Notes under the pieces: generated by a model
Seen by the model: only the letters and a program-made list of their open reading frames with translations
The model's database searches: none
What the model was told of the DNA's origin: nothing
Translations under genes and position numbers: made by a program
Shown here: positions 27,301 through 50,500 of the stretch, in pieces
How positions within the stretch are numbered: the first letter of the stretch is position 1
How the letters are laid out: every line of letters begins with the position of its first letter
NCBI GenBank assembly: GCA_964035545.1
Contig: OZ037767.1
Location: 22,522,628-22,586,627 of the forward strand
Origin: Bugula neritina
Taxonomy: Eukaryota; Animalia; Bryozoa
DNA length: 64,000 nucleotides
Direction: 5' to 3'

Positions 27301-29922
27301 ATAGCTGTTATGTATATAAATAAGTATATAGAATCAGTGCATCTAAATGATAACCTAAGCTGAATCAAATACGTAACAGAGTGCTGTAAAAACATTACTG
27401 AAAAAAATTCCTTACAATACCTTAGAACTTGTAGTGTAACTCAAAAATAGTGCATTATAAATACTAGGTAGGTATTACCAATGTAGATACAATAAGGATA
27501 TGGATAGGTAAGAAGAAAAATCAAAGGAATTTTGCACCTGGTCATATTTGGAAAACTTGGTTTTGGCATCAGCTATCTGTTTGGAGGTAAGATCCTGGAA
27601 TAAAAGAACAAACTGGATTAATTCCCATTAGACCTGCACAGACTTTCTTTCACATTAACTATTAGGGCAAAAAGAGAAAATTATGAGAAAATCAAGGGCA
27701 GACGAAAACACATATTCCGTGGGTTACACAGAGCATACATAAAACAGATACATGATAGGTTTGAGAAAATACAGCTGACAGGCTAATGCAGGGTCAGCAC
27801 GCCACATGACTCGTTCTTGTAAGAATAGAACAAGGCTAACGCAGAATACTGTAGTTGGCAATTGCGTAACCAGATATGTTCACTATATGCAGACTGACTG
27901 GTGAATAGAAAATACCCCAATAGCACAAAGGTTAAGAGAGAAGAGTAAAATATAACTGTATAGACCTTAGAGCAAGCACACCGAAACATGTCATAAGATG
28001 TAATAGACAAATACATACAACATTAACCACAGTACATTACCTTTGGGATCAGAGACTCTATCTAAGATAATAGACATAAACTGCAATACACCATATAGGC
28101 AACAATGAGTCAACCAGAGCAGCCTTAATACAAGCTTTAGCAAAAAAAGTGTTGATTTGCAAATGAAAAAGTAGTCAATAGGTGATGTATACAACAGAGC
28201 CTATTGAAAACAATACGTATAGTCTGACAACACAGGCAGACATACATTTTGTGGTCGCCGTGGTGATAATGATTGATCTCCGGTACCAGCATGAGAGTTC
28301 TTGATGACTTGGGCTAGAAGAGGAAGTTGTTTATCGGAGGGTAGGCTGATACCAAGTGATTTGCACAGAGAGGGTCTACTCATTGACTGACAGTCCTACA
28401 AGAGAGAGAGAGAAGAAAACTTCAATAAAATACAAGTATAGAGCCAAAAGCACTGGGTGTAACTCTAACGAGCAAATATTTCGAACTAGCAAGAAATGAT
28501 ATAACAACAGTAAATAATAATAATATAAATGACACACTATTTTACACAACAAAAACATTTTTTACTTATATCTGATATATCTGATCAAGGTAGCTTTAGC
28601 ATAACAAAACAAATAGTGTGATATCAGACGGAAGTCTGATAACACACTATTTGTATTGTTATGCTAAAGCTACCTTGATCAGATATTCTTATACACTTAC
28701 AAAGCCAGTCTCTGGTTCAAACACAGTCTTAGAGAACTCCAACTCAAGACAGGTGAGATAGTCAACAATCAGCCCAGCCATTAATTGGCCTACCAATAGA
28801 TTCATATGTTATATATTCAAGGGATAAATATAATTCATAATAAAACAAGTTGAATGATGATAGTAGCTTCAATTGCATGGGAAGACAACCCAAGTTTAGA
28901 TCTCAACAAGGTCAGAATATTTCTTAGATAGATCTGTATAAATTCATTTATGCTTAAATATGTTAAATGATATACAAGAGACCACGACTGCTTGTTATGT
29001 ATCAAATCTTGTGATTGGCCAATAAATACAGATTAGAGAACAATGGTGATATGCAGCACCAACCTTCATCTGTAGCTAAACTGTCCTTTAATTTTTTATT
29101 CAACAGGTACATCTTATCCTAAAATACAAACCATTGTAGTTGTCAACTCACTGTTCTTTTTTAAAAATAAGAAATGCAGTAGCACAAAGCTAATGATGAG
29201 AAATCTTACTTGTGGAGCAACAGTTTCTTCCAGTGCAGTGAATATATTAGCTCGCAACATGGCCTGCAAATAACACATGAAAATTGAACTTTCATACTTT
29301 TGGTTCAATCTAGCCACTATATCAAACTATATTATAGTTTAAAGCACTAAATTATTCATATGTTGAAATGTACTTCCAACAATTAGCGATGACACCAGAT
29401 CACCCACATCTCATGATCTAATAATATATTTTATCAACAAAATTTCATTCGCAATATTACCCCTTGAATTCACATTTGCCCACAGTTTTTATCCATGTTA
29501 AAACTGCTCATAGTTAAGTATTGTAAGTGAGCTGAAGACTGTGTATTTAGGGCACAGGAGCAATCATGACCGAATGCTCTTCCTGAGATCAGTGATGATC
29601 TTGCTGACAGTTGAACTCATGACCTGACATTTACAAGGTCAATTTACAAGACTATAAGTAACTGATACTCTACGCTAACCGCTGGTCAACTGAGTAACAT
29701 TAAATCGATTTGACTTCATACTGATAATGTATAGTTGCAATGCAAAATGTGTCAGTAATTAATTTAGCGCAAATATTTATATTTCAGGCAGTTGAAAAAA
29801 ATTATACTAAAGCATATAACAAGCATAGCAAGAATCTGTACCTTAGCTTTACCAACTACCCCTCGTTGGTCTAGAGTTTCCAAAACTATATCTCTAAGTT
29901 CAGTGTCTTCTTCGAGGGACAT
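21329..29922 (-). CDS. CEP43: Centrosomal protein 43 / FGFR1 oncogene partner (FOP) homologue, multi-exon, with an internal EF-hand pair
   Basis: N-terminus MSLEEDTELRDIVLETLDQRGVVGKAK|AMLRANIFTALEE matches the FOP N-terminal domain. LisH-like exon GQLMAGLIVDYLTCLELEFSKTVFEPET. Acidic C-terminus ...DKSIADDNSMKDVDYWEIVPKK*. Some middle exon boundaries are approximate. Confidence 0.88.
21475..22028. repeat. 22-bp minisatellite (cataatactacatctactgagt)n, intronic
   Basis: Directly visible, ~25 units. Confidence 0.95.
22595..22782 (+). mobile_element. tRNA-derived SINE (same family at 35.1-35.3, 41.5-41.7 and 47.75-47.98 kb)
   Basis: tRNA-like head with A/B boxes followed by the shared AAGGCCAT(C/T)GGTGATG core and a similar tail. 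Confidence 0.7.
23070..23315. repeat. ~36-bp minisatellite, intronic
   Basis: atatacattgtgagtagtgtgatatacatataataa units. Confidence 0.9.
23732..23933. mobile_element. hAT-type MITE with internal CAATTA repeats
   Basis: TIRs CAGGGTTGGGG / CCCCAACCCCG; 8-bp flanks aacagcaa / aacagcat (7/8 match, TSD). Confidence 0.75.
25255..25510. repeat. Degenerate ~11-13-bp repeat (gtgtactaacc)n
   Basis: Directly visible. Confidence 0.8.
26848..26965. repeat. 16-bp tandem repeat (taactagagtaatgag)n
   Basis: Directly visible. Confidence 0.9.
28577..28686. repeat. Near-perfect 53-bp inverted repeat with a 4-nt loop (hairpin) in a CEP43 intron
   Basis: Arms 28577-28629 and 28634-28686 are complementary with 2 mismatches; loop GGAA. 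Confidence 0.95.
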
Positions 29923-31786
29923 CTTGTCAATATATGAGTAAACTGTAAATTAATAAAATAATATGTATTTGTTACAGCATTGCATAAACTGTATCTGGTA
30001 ATTGTATGCTTTATGGTGTTTTTGTGCTAGACTATTACTTATGCTTTTTCTGTGTTGGCTTTTAAGCTGAACTCTGCTAGTATAAACTAGTATAAATAGG
30101 TTGAAGTTTCACTGCATAAATCAGTTGAATATTCTACATCGAATAAACTACAACTCAAGAATCATCAAACTTTTTATGTTATAACAGTATTGTTAAGTAG
30201 TGAGACACCGTAATAAATATAAATAAATTATCTGCAACTTTTATAACAAATGCAAGTTCACTATTGAGACAGGAAAATTTGGGGCTATAAAAATTACTTG
30301 CTTATGTTGAGCTGAACATAAATAAAGAGGCTTCCTTTAGTTATTAATCTAAAAATAATGAATTTGAGTAATAGGCTAATTTATAGTTAACTACAAGCTG
30401 GTCAAAGTGAAATGTAAAAAAATTAAAAAGGACAAATTAACTTCCTGTTTCAGCACTCATAAAACAATAAAAAATTAGCTTCAAGTTGGAAGAGTAAAAA
30501 AGGCAGCACAACACACCACTCAGCTACACTTTGTTAATGGATATAAGTAGATGAATGATTGTATGAGTGTTTGTGTTGTTATTACTACCAGTAGGAATAT
30601 AACTAGGGGTATTATTTTACACGTATAGTGTAGCTGTATTGTTTTATGTAAGGCTGTTGTTAAGAAAATCGAGCTGGAGATAACTACATCATTTACATCA
30701 GGTTTAGGTATAATCTTAACATATCATAATAGCTATTTAATAACTAGTGCAACTATAACTAAAAATAACAAATACCAATTTCCAATTCAAGTCAGAAAAT
30801 TTACTTTTACTCTTGCTTAGGCTCCGTTAATAATAATAATTACTCTTAGTAAAGTATTATTATAGCTAGAATAGTACAATTATTACAATAATTATGTATA
30901 CTTCCATTACGATTAGTATATAGTAATAACTAACAACTAAAGCAATTTTAAAAGTAAAAGATAAGTCACTACGATTAGGTGCCACTGCGAGTGGTATTGT
31001 CAAACTCAAAGTCAATGTCATTTTGATTATCTTTGGCTCTCTCACTTTGACTTTCAGTCAGACAGTGACTCTCACGTTCAGTCTCACTCTTTGAATGACA
31101 AACTAGAGCTACTCTGAATAATCATTATCAATATGAATATCATTATGATTATCATTATGAATATGATAATTATTCATATTGATTTTAAACTTGAAGAAAA
31201 AAACTAAACTTAATCATAATTTAAATTATAATAATAATGTTATATTTATCGTAAGTATTATATTAATTAATTTTATAGTTGTACTAATAGTAATAGTAAT
31301 AGATGAATAATTTAATTATTTTAATTTAAATTTTTATTAATTACAAATTAACCAATACAGATTCAGATTGGGACAATCAGTATGACTCGGACTTTTATTA
31401 ATTAGGCAAATGTATTTTAATTCTTAAATGTAAGGTTTCTTAATATTATATTTATTATTAAAACTATTACTGTTGTTGATCAGCAAACATTAGTAGGGAG
31501 TTTATCACTTTATGGCCTCCAGTATCGAACGTGAAGTTTTGCTTTCATTTTCAAACTCAACATTTTTGAAGTGTCAAGGCTATTACTAGGCAAGCGACAA
31601 AATTCTTTTCCATTATGGAAGACAACTCAAACTATTTTCTCAAATCGCAATGAAAAGGGACTAGAAAATATAATTATGGTAATAATTATTCGGACTAAAG
31701 GCGTGCTAAGAATAAAAATTGCGCTCATCTACATTTGGCAAATATGATTAAGATGACAACTCTATAATATAGATAGCGTGAGATAT

Positions 31787-32355
31787 TGTGATAGATTCTC
31801 ATCCTCTACTGTTCTCAAGTAACTGCGTGTGTCAGTATTATAATTACTGTTGCGTATATTTTGAATGCTGTAATTGTAGCTAAGTTGCACTAGCTTTCTA
31901 ATGTCTTATTATTGCGATTAAGCTTTCAGTATAATGTAATTTTCATTAAATACGCATTTCCAGAGTTATTTTCCCTTTTTTTGCTATTTCATCGTTTTGC
32001 ATTAATACTGATACTGGAAATTTGTGTAGCTTTTATGAATGCCTTCAATAGGTTGTTATTATAGCTAAATTCTTGGCCTATTGAATTATTCATTCTCCTT
32101 TGTCTATTTTTCTTTTGTTACTGTCAAGCTTAACTTTCTTTTGTCTGTTGGAACATTCTAGATGTGAATTCTTGTGTATAAAAGCAGGCGAGTTTCCAGT
32201 GTAGATTCAGACTACTACTGGAGCTCGCTGGTAGTAGGACCACATGAGCTGTATCTGATACAATAAAGGTTATCCTCATTTGTACTCAAATACTTGGCTT
32301 ATTCTTTCTAGAGCATGTAGGCACTAGTTGCATTCAGAACCCACAGTTTACTACA
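31787..32355 (+). mobile_element. Solo LTR (~569 bp)
   Basis: TGTG...TACA ends flanked by a 4-bp ATAT duplication; internal TATAAAAG (~32177) and AATAAA (~32262). Confidence 0.65.
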
Positions 32356-32506
32356 ATATTATAGCCCATCGAACTCAGTGTTATAGCCCTTAGGATCTAG
32401 ATTTTTTGATGATCAATCTAGCGCGGCAAAGCTTCTGTACTCCCATAACAAACATCATGTAGTAATGCAATATTTAAAATATTATTGTCAAGGTGGGTAA
32501 GAAATA

Positions 32507-32690
32507 AGTGTGATAATGAATAATTCTATAAGCAGCTTCAAATTGGCGGTGACTGAGTGCAGTGATTTGCGAATCTCAAGTTTGGAGTTGAGGGCTCGAC
32601 AAACCCTAGCTCTAAACTTGAGAACCGCAAACTTCTGCACTCAGTTACCCCAAACTTGGAGCTGCTTGTAAAACTATTCGTGCATCACTG
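32507..32690. repeat. Imperfect fold-back (palindromic MITE-like) element
   Basis: aagcagcttcaa...actgagtgcag...ctcaagtttggag is mirrored by ctctaaacttgag...ctgcactcagt...ttggagctgctt. Confidence 0.7.
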
Positions 32691-33169
32691 CTAAGACGAA
32701 GCGAAAGCTATCCAAGTTCAAACTCTACGTGAAATTGCTCATTCAGCTTAAAGCTGATTTTGCAATAGCAATCAGTATGAGTATCACTAACTCTCAAGCC
32801 TATGTTTAAGGTTCTTGGCGCTTTTAATTACTCAACGTTCAAAGACATGCCGATGTGCATGATGCATGATGTTGCAGTTGTCATTCATTGATTCAATTAG
32901 TGAATTAGTATTACTATTACTAATACTATTAGTATTATTATTAGTGAATTAGTAAATTACTATAACTATTACTATTTTAATTTACTTTCACTTTTAGTAA
33001 TGGTATTAGTATTACTATTAGTATCACTGTATTACTAATAGTAATACTATTAGTATTAGTATTACTGGTATTACTATTAGTCTTAGATTTACTCATTTTG
33101 GTTTAGCAAATTACTAATTGTAATTCATATTGTATTAGTATTACACTATTAGTAGGCAAGTAGCTACTG

Positions 33170-34930
33170 GCATTTGAAAGGTACGACAAGCTAAAGGAGT
33201 CAAGTAAGGCTTGTTAAACGAAATTGACAGCTCACCTCTCATCCTAAGGAGTGCGCAGACACGTTCAACCATCATTTTCACTGACAGTTTGCCACAGATC
33301 ATCAACTATTCAGTATTTATATATAGCTCTAGCACCCACACAGGAGTTACTTATGTATCTGCCTCTCGAGTAGCAAAAATGATACAAGACTTAAAATACG
33401 GAAAGGCTCCAGGACTAGATGGCTTCTGAAAAGCTGATCTCAGCATAGACATAGAACAAACTGCTGTTTGTCTCAGTTACATCTTTCAGGTTTCTCTTGC
33501 AACTGGAAAGCTTCCATCAGAAAGGAGGACAGCCAACAACTCACCTCTTAACAAGTCAGGGTTCACAAACAATGTCAACAACTATTGACCCATTTTATTG
33601 ACAAGTATTCCTTGTAAGGTGTTAGAGCATTTGGTACTGAGAAACCTGCTGGATAAAATTGACTCTAAGCTAAACAATAGGCAGCACAGATTTAGAAAAG
33701 ATTTCTCTTGTGAAACGCAAATATGTGCAACTATTCATGATATACTTCATTTTACAGTTACACGCCAAACTGTTCATGCAGCTGTTTTGGACTTCACTAA
33801 AGCATTTGATCGAGTGCCTCATGCCCTTCTAATGAAAAAGCTTTCAGAGATGGCAGATTTGGATGACTACATCCTACGCTGGATAAATAACTTTCTAACC
33901 AAACGTACGCAGAGAGGGGTTTTACAAGGCCACACCTCAAATTCGTTACCACTTACCTCAGGTGTGCCACAAAGATGGGTTTTGGGACTAATATTCTTCC
34001 TCATTTTTATTAATGACCTACCTGACTGTCTTGACTGCTCATATGTTTTGTTTTCTGATGACACCCTTGTCTACCAGAAGATAGCATCATTTAGTGACTG
34101 CAGCAGGTTCTAGCGAAATCTAGGTTCTCTTGGTGCATGGTCAGACAAGTGGAGTATGCCATTCAACATCTCTAAGAGCGAAATAATAAGTTTTAACTCT
34201 ATAGGAGATACTTCCAATTACACATAGGTCAGTGCTATATTATATAGACTACAAAATACTTAGGTGTTACACTGCAATCAGATTGCAGGTTCAACAACTA
34301 TATATCAAATAAAATACTAAATGCCAGAACACAATTGGGTATAATTAAAAGAGCTCTCTACTGGGCTCCCGATTGAGCTCGATTGATTACATACAAAGCC
34401 TTGTGTATACCACATCTTGAGTATGCTAGCACAGCTGAGAGCCAACTTTGCAAGAAGGGTGTTCTGACTTAGAAAAGATACAAGTGGATTCAGTGCGATT
34501 CATAGCCAATATTAAAAGCCGAAGATGTCGAAAGTGCCATGAAGAAGCTCTGCGTTCAGCTTCTTGAACATTGAAGAAGAACCAGTATTAATCTCCTTAT
34601 GAAGATTCTGGCAAAAGAAGAACAACATCTGGCTCTCAGCTCTGCCTATGATCATCTGCTGAACAAATCAACGAACAGCACTATACAGACTCGCTCCCAA
34701 GCGAGGGGCAGCCCCGAACAGTCAGTATTAACAGTACCAATTACCTGAACGGTTTTCTCCCAAAGACTATCCGGCATCTGAAAATTGGTCGCAATCAAAG
34801 CAACAATTCAGAAATCTTCACATAGACAGGATTAAGTTCTTGTTCAATAAATACAGCCCAACCAGTACTAACTGTATGGCTATTGACTAATGACTGTCCA
34901 ACATATCCATATGCGGCACACCCCTTCCTC
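33170..34930 (+). mobile_element. 5'-truncated, decayed non-LTR retrotransposon (CR1/L2-like reverse transcriptase)
   Basis: KAPGLDG, LTSIPCKVLEH, LDFTKAFDRVPH, SGVPQ..VLG...FLIFINDLP and FSDDT RT motifs, with stops and frameshifts. Confidence 0.9.
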
Positions 34931-35092
34931 CCTCTAGGCAGTCCAGTGTGATGATCACTTTGAGTAATTTCGAGTAGGTTATTAGCATTACTATTAGTAT
35001 TAGTATAAGTATTACTATATAGTAACTCTAATTTTATTAGTAAATCAATCATGATGTCAATAATAATGATAATCTTAATCATAATGATAATA

Positions 35093-35334
35093 AAAACTCA
35101 CGCCAGTTTATAGTCACTATCCCTGTGAGAGAAACCTCTGAGGGGAGGCCTGATGAAAAAGGACTTTTTAATTGGGCTAAGGACTTATTCATATGTGGTT
35201 CAGGAGTAATTATGGCTGTATGGTTTTTTTAATGGCATCACCAATCACAATGGCCCTTATTACTATTAGGGATTGAACCCATGACCTCTGGTTTACTGAG
35301 CCAGCTCTCTAACTCCTAGACCACGGCTGCTCCC
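35093..35334 (-). mobile_element. tRNA-derived SINE
   Basis: Reverse complement similar to 47753-47978. Confidence 0.7.
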
Positions 35335-36123
35335 TATAATCATAATGATGATGGTGATGGCATAATATAAATAATATTATTATTATAGTCAATATTATGT
35401 GTTCTCTTAAAGTTTAATATAATAGCTTATTCTTAGATTTTATAACTATAACCAATAGCATAAGGACTGTCACTGCCCCATAAAATTATATCATATATGT
35501 ATCAGCTATTTAAAAATAAACTTTTAGTATTTATCTGTTGAATACAAAATAAATATAAAATAAAGCACTAAGATTCTCTTGGTGTAGCGTAGTTAGTCAC
35601 CAATTTTTTCTCCAAAGTTTCTTGTGCTCCATTAAGGATTTATTTGTATGTAGCTGTGCAGTTGAGAAATATATGTGGGTGGGTGTCCTTTGCAGAGTTA
35701 TTGCTGTAAAAAACCGATGGAGATTGAACCATCTAGCAACAGCTTTGAATATTACATCACTGATTTAAATGGGTTGAGCTTCTCTCACATTGGCTAAATT
35801 AATCACCAACAGTTTTTGTGTAATATAGCACCACTTTTTATGCTTTCATTGTTTTGCTCAACTTCATTTTGTATATGTACTTTTTTGTTGTTGGTGTAGC
35901 TACTTTTTTATACTTTCTTTACTTCATCTTCAGTTAGAAAGTCTTGCCCTCTACGAATGTGACTGGTTTGAAAGCGGCCTAATATGTTGCACTTACATAC
36001 TTAGTTGTTCATGCTTTAGGTCAGTGTATATTTTTAATAGCCAATGAAATGAATGAAAACTGAAAAATGATATACTTGAAGTAAAAGGTTATATGGCCTT
36101 TTATGTTACAGTCACCTACCAAC

Positions 36124-45592
<9,469 letters not shown>

Positions 45593-46691
45593 CCATGGCA
45601 AGCGTTCTTCATCATGAAGTGAGTTTCTTGGATGCTGTGTTTTGATTGGCTGATGACTGAGCTCCACCCATTCCTTGGCCTGTTATATGAGCCTCTACAA
45701 GTGTTCATGACATTGCGTCGCCTCTATTTTCAACACCAAGTTTGTCTAATGTTTAGTCATTGTCACTTTTCTGCTCATTAACTCCTTGCCAGCAAGCATA
45801 ACTCTAAATCTTTTTGGTTCAAAAAGGTTCTTTTATAAAATTTGAACACTTGTCTATCTTATGAATAATCTCCTGGAATTGTCTGTCCAATGTAATAGCC
45901 ATATAGTTTTAAGTGGTTCAGTAATCCACTGTGTGTTGTCTTCTCTATTCAGATGTTTAGAAGTAGAAGACAACTATAATGCTGTACATAAAACTGTATA
46001 TATTTTTACAAATTTGTAAAATAGTTGTGTTTAGTGTTGGTGCTCATCTCTTGCATTGTACAGTATATCAGTATTAATGTATTTTCATTATCTTGTTATA
46101 TTATGTTTCCATTACTAATGGCAGTACAATATTGATGATGATTACGGGTTTGGGTGCTTGAATTTCCAAGGCTTCATGTAGTTTCTTATGAGAGCAGCTC
46201 GTTGAAAAGAAATTGTCGAAGTCTAATATGTGCCACATTGAAATGTTCTATTTTAGGCCAGTTTCAGTATTCTTCCTCAAGTATCTAACTTGTACCCTGA
46301 TGTCCTGTTATCTTGATATTTTGACTATGTCATACAATTTTCATTTTGGCAGCTTTCAAGTTTTATGTATTTCTATACATAAATAATAAATATGTTTCTG
46401 TAGCTTATATTACTATCAAGTGTGTGTACTTTAACATGCTAGCACAGTGCTGTAGAGTTGATGCTGTAATATGCAGAGTGTGAACTTAATTATGAAAATG
46501 AAGTTTTTTTTCTTCAGAAATTCAATTTACCCGTATATTGATTAATAACTATAATTTTACTTACTACTTTAGTAATAGTATTATATATTTGCTTTAAATC
46601 ACAAAAACCCCTGTGCCCTTTTTTGATATAAAAAAAATTCTATTCATCTATATTAACATATTTTAAGACTCCAATATATTTTTATAATCAG

Positions 46692-47038
46692 ATAGTATAT
46701 GTAGAATGTGAACTGTAGACTGTATAGTATATGTAGAATGTGAACTGTAGACTGTGCTATATGTAGAATGTGAACTGTAGACTGTGCTATATGTAGAATG
46801 TGAACTGTAGATTGTGTAGGATATGTAGAATGTGAACTGTAGACTGTATAGTATATGTAGAATGTGAACTGTAGATTGTGTAGTATATGTAGAATGTGAA
46901 CTGTAGATTGTGTAGTATATGTAGAATGTGAACTGTAGATTGTGTAGTATATGTAGAATGTGAACTGTAGATTGTGTAGTATATGTATAATGTGAACTGT
47001 AGATTGTGTAGTATATGTATAATGTGAACTGTAGATTA
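46692..47038. repeat. ~30-32-bp minisatellite (gtatatgtagaatgtgaactgtagattgtgta)n
   Basis: Directly visible, ~11 units. Confidence 0.95.
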
Positions 47039-47532
47039 TAAGCGGAATACTAAATTATTTGTCTAAACTTCCAAATACTTCCATAAAGTTTATCTTTTAA
47101 TAACAAGCGGAAAGTGGAGCATTTCATGTAAATATAGATTTTATTGGCTATTTATGACAGCATTGATTGATTGTCTGCCCACTTATAGCTGACTATTCTG
47201 ACAGCGTTAGTGCTGATGAACATCTATTCTATGTAATTACAGTCTATAAAGTATAAGCAGCAATTTTGAGAGATAGAAAGGTCATCCATCAACTAGAGAC
47301 AGGGGCTCTACCTGTAGTATAATTACACATTGAGCACAAAGATATGCACATCATTGTAACACGTAGTACAGGTGTTCTTTCACATGATAGCAGGTATAAC
47401 AGGTACTCTATTAGCATTACCCTACATACACACCATCTAGCCGCGTCTAATGGTATACCATTTGATTAATGAGTGTTATCGTGCATGGGCCAGCCTTTTC
47501 TTTACTCTTCGTACTGTGGTCAGCTCTAAAAT

Positions 47533-50500
47533 ATGAATGGTAAGTATTCATTAATAAATTATACCATCTACTTCATCACATTTGTTTAAGTGTATTTAAT
47601 TTGTTAGCTGGGTAAAGACTTGTTGATTATTTGAAAATGTGAGTTAAAATTTGCATAGCTCTAATTTCACAATTATGTAGCACGTGCAACATTGAGAAGG
47701 AGTGTAAGGGCCCCATAAAGAATTTTATTACAGGCTAGGAATTGAGTATTAAAGGAGCAGCTTTAGTCTAGGGGTTGAGCGTTTGCCTAGTAAGCTCGAA
47801 GTCATGGGTCCGAGCTCGACAAAGGCCATTGGTGATGTTAGGAAGAGCATCCAGTCATAATTGCGCCTGTGCCTTATCTGAATAAGTCCTTAGTCCTTAT
47901 TTAGCAAAAACCCCTTCCATCAGGGGTTTTCTCGCAGGGATAGTCACTATAAACTTGCAACTTGCATGAGTTTTTTTTAAGAATTGAGTACTTAGGGCTT
48001 GGATCAGTGGCTACAACAGGTTTATTACTGCAATGTACTCACTCAACTACTGTATACTGTTATAATGTTTTACGCAGCACCCTGCCTGCTACTCAGCTAT
48101 ATGGTAGTCTTTTTGCTGGTCAATGATGGCGGAGCAGAAAAAGTCAAAGATAGTGAAAATCTAATTGAAGATATCACAGATAAATTAGATGGTGAGTGTT
48201 TTTTTGTGGTTATAAGAACAAAACAGATTAGTTATGCCTGAAGCATTGCACTATATTCTGTAGTCTTTTTATGCTATGCAGCTTCGAGCATTTCGAAAAG
48301 ATGTAGCAATTGGGAGTTTTCCTACCACAACATCTAATTGTTGGCATTGAAGATCTCAGTGTTGAACTAGTATAGTAAGCTTGTTTAATGTTTGCATTGT
48401 GTGTATGTGTGATAATGTAGATCAACTATACGTGGAGTAACCAGTTAATAGCAAGTGTTAATAATAGATGAGCCCAGCTATACCTCTGCCAATCCTTGCA
48501 TCTTTTGTTACATGGTTTCTAGTTGCTATCAAAGATTCGGTTAAGAATATCAAGATATCCCCAGATGCCCAAGAAGCTTTGGATGAATTTGGCATTGAGT
48601 TAGGGGTGGTAGATGGAGACCAGCCTACCCAGCAGAAAGGATCATCAGCTAAGCCACCCAAAGGTATGCTAGATTTTCTATTTTTATCAGATATCATAAT
48701 ATACACCATAACCCACCGTAATATGAATTAGGTATTTATTTAGTTCAAGGTTAGTTATACAGGTTATTGCTAGATGGTGCCGTGGAAGTTTTCAAACTAA
48801 TATATAGTTATAAATCAGTTACGAAAATATGACCTACAAATACATTTTTTTAAAACCAAGTCAATTTCATTAAAAGGATAATTGAAATTTCTTTCATTGC
48901 ATTTTTAGTACAGTTGAATGTATGTAGATTTATCTTTCCTTAAATATTTTTCGTAAGATTTGAATATAGTAAGCAGTGTCAGCTAGTACATGCAAGTCTG
49001 TAGAGTGCGGGTCAATCCTCGGACATAGGAACCAAGATGGCTGCTAAACACTAGATCTTTTTATATTATTATAAAGTTTCTAATTTTCTAAATAAATATA
49101 TCAGGAACAAAATAGTTTTTGGAAAGGTAGAAGTTTCTTCTGGGTGCACATTTTGTGAGATTAGATTATATCTGAATCACTGAATGATAGTTTGTTTAGT
49201 GTTATTTGTAGAATATGTTTTAAAGTATGCAAATCAGTATGATGTTTATTATCTGTAAGTCTCAACATTTTATATGGTGTAACAAAGACCATGAAATCTA
49301 TATTATCAACATATACAATTTTAATTAGCTTTTATTTGTTTTAACGCCAAGAAAATCTTTTCTCTATACTGCTGCAGCAATTCTTGTAATTTTTGATACA
49401 GAGAGTTAATAATTCCAATATCTAAAAAATCTCTCTGCATCTCTTAATGCTGCCTTACGTATTTCTGGTCAACCCTGCCAATTTATTTTTATTTTTTTTA
49501 ATAACTTTTAAGCATTTAACTCTTTTTATCACAAAAATTGATAATTTTATAAGCCTCTAATGTCAAGTTCACCCAGCGAAACTTGTTAACAATTTCCAAC
49601 ATTACACCTGACTACCAGTTTAATTATAGTTATAGAATTTTGTGGGGAGAAAACTTCTCATATTTAGAAAAAAGTGTAGGCTTCTGAATGAGATAGTACT
49701 TATGAAGAAAGTGATAAGTAATAGTGTTTTTCTTTATACTACTGGGCATGTACGTGACTGAATAATCAGGGGTACTGTTTATTGTCATACTGTTGCCTAG
49801 TAACAGCAGGAGATTAGCTGAAGAAACTGTTACAAGTTATTTTGCATTTTCTCCACTGAAGCTAGGCTACCAGATGCTATGCACATCGTCTGTTATTTTG
49901 CTATGAAAACTATCTGTTTTATTAGTGATTTTTAACTTGGTACTTTTATATGTATGATATCAATGCTGTGAGATGGTAAAAATGTATTAATAAATATATC
50001 GTTGGTTGCAATGAGTTGTTGATTTTCATACCTGTAACCCACCAGGTGACCTATTATTCAACATTACATCAAGTTTTATAATGCTTCTTATGCCTTTTCA
50101 ATGATGGGGATTTCTCCATATCCTTTCCTCTTTCATAACATTGAAGTATTGTGATTATATCACACAGCTGCAATACCATGCCCTGTGATGTGGCCACTTC
50201 TTGCTCTAAAGTCTAAACTGTACTCTTGTTAGTATCCTGCCTTACATTACCATAAAGTGGGTGTCTTGAGACTATTAGTCATCACAGCGGTTACCATGGT
50301 GCTCACGGTTCAGTAGTCACCAACTGCACAACCAACCACCTATCTAGTCACCTGTCATTACTTCACTACGGATTTACTGACTGCTAGTCGTGTAGTATTC
50401 TACTAGTTGTTACTCATCTGAGCACCGCCATGTTATCGTATACGTTCGTTTTGGAAATTTTCATAATCGTCATCATACTCTGCAAATGATTGGATATGTC

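Noticed and set aside
33598-34113. Active or domesticated reverse transcriptase
   Set aside because: Flanking stops and frameshifts and degenerate motifs indicate a dead LINE fragment.
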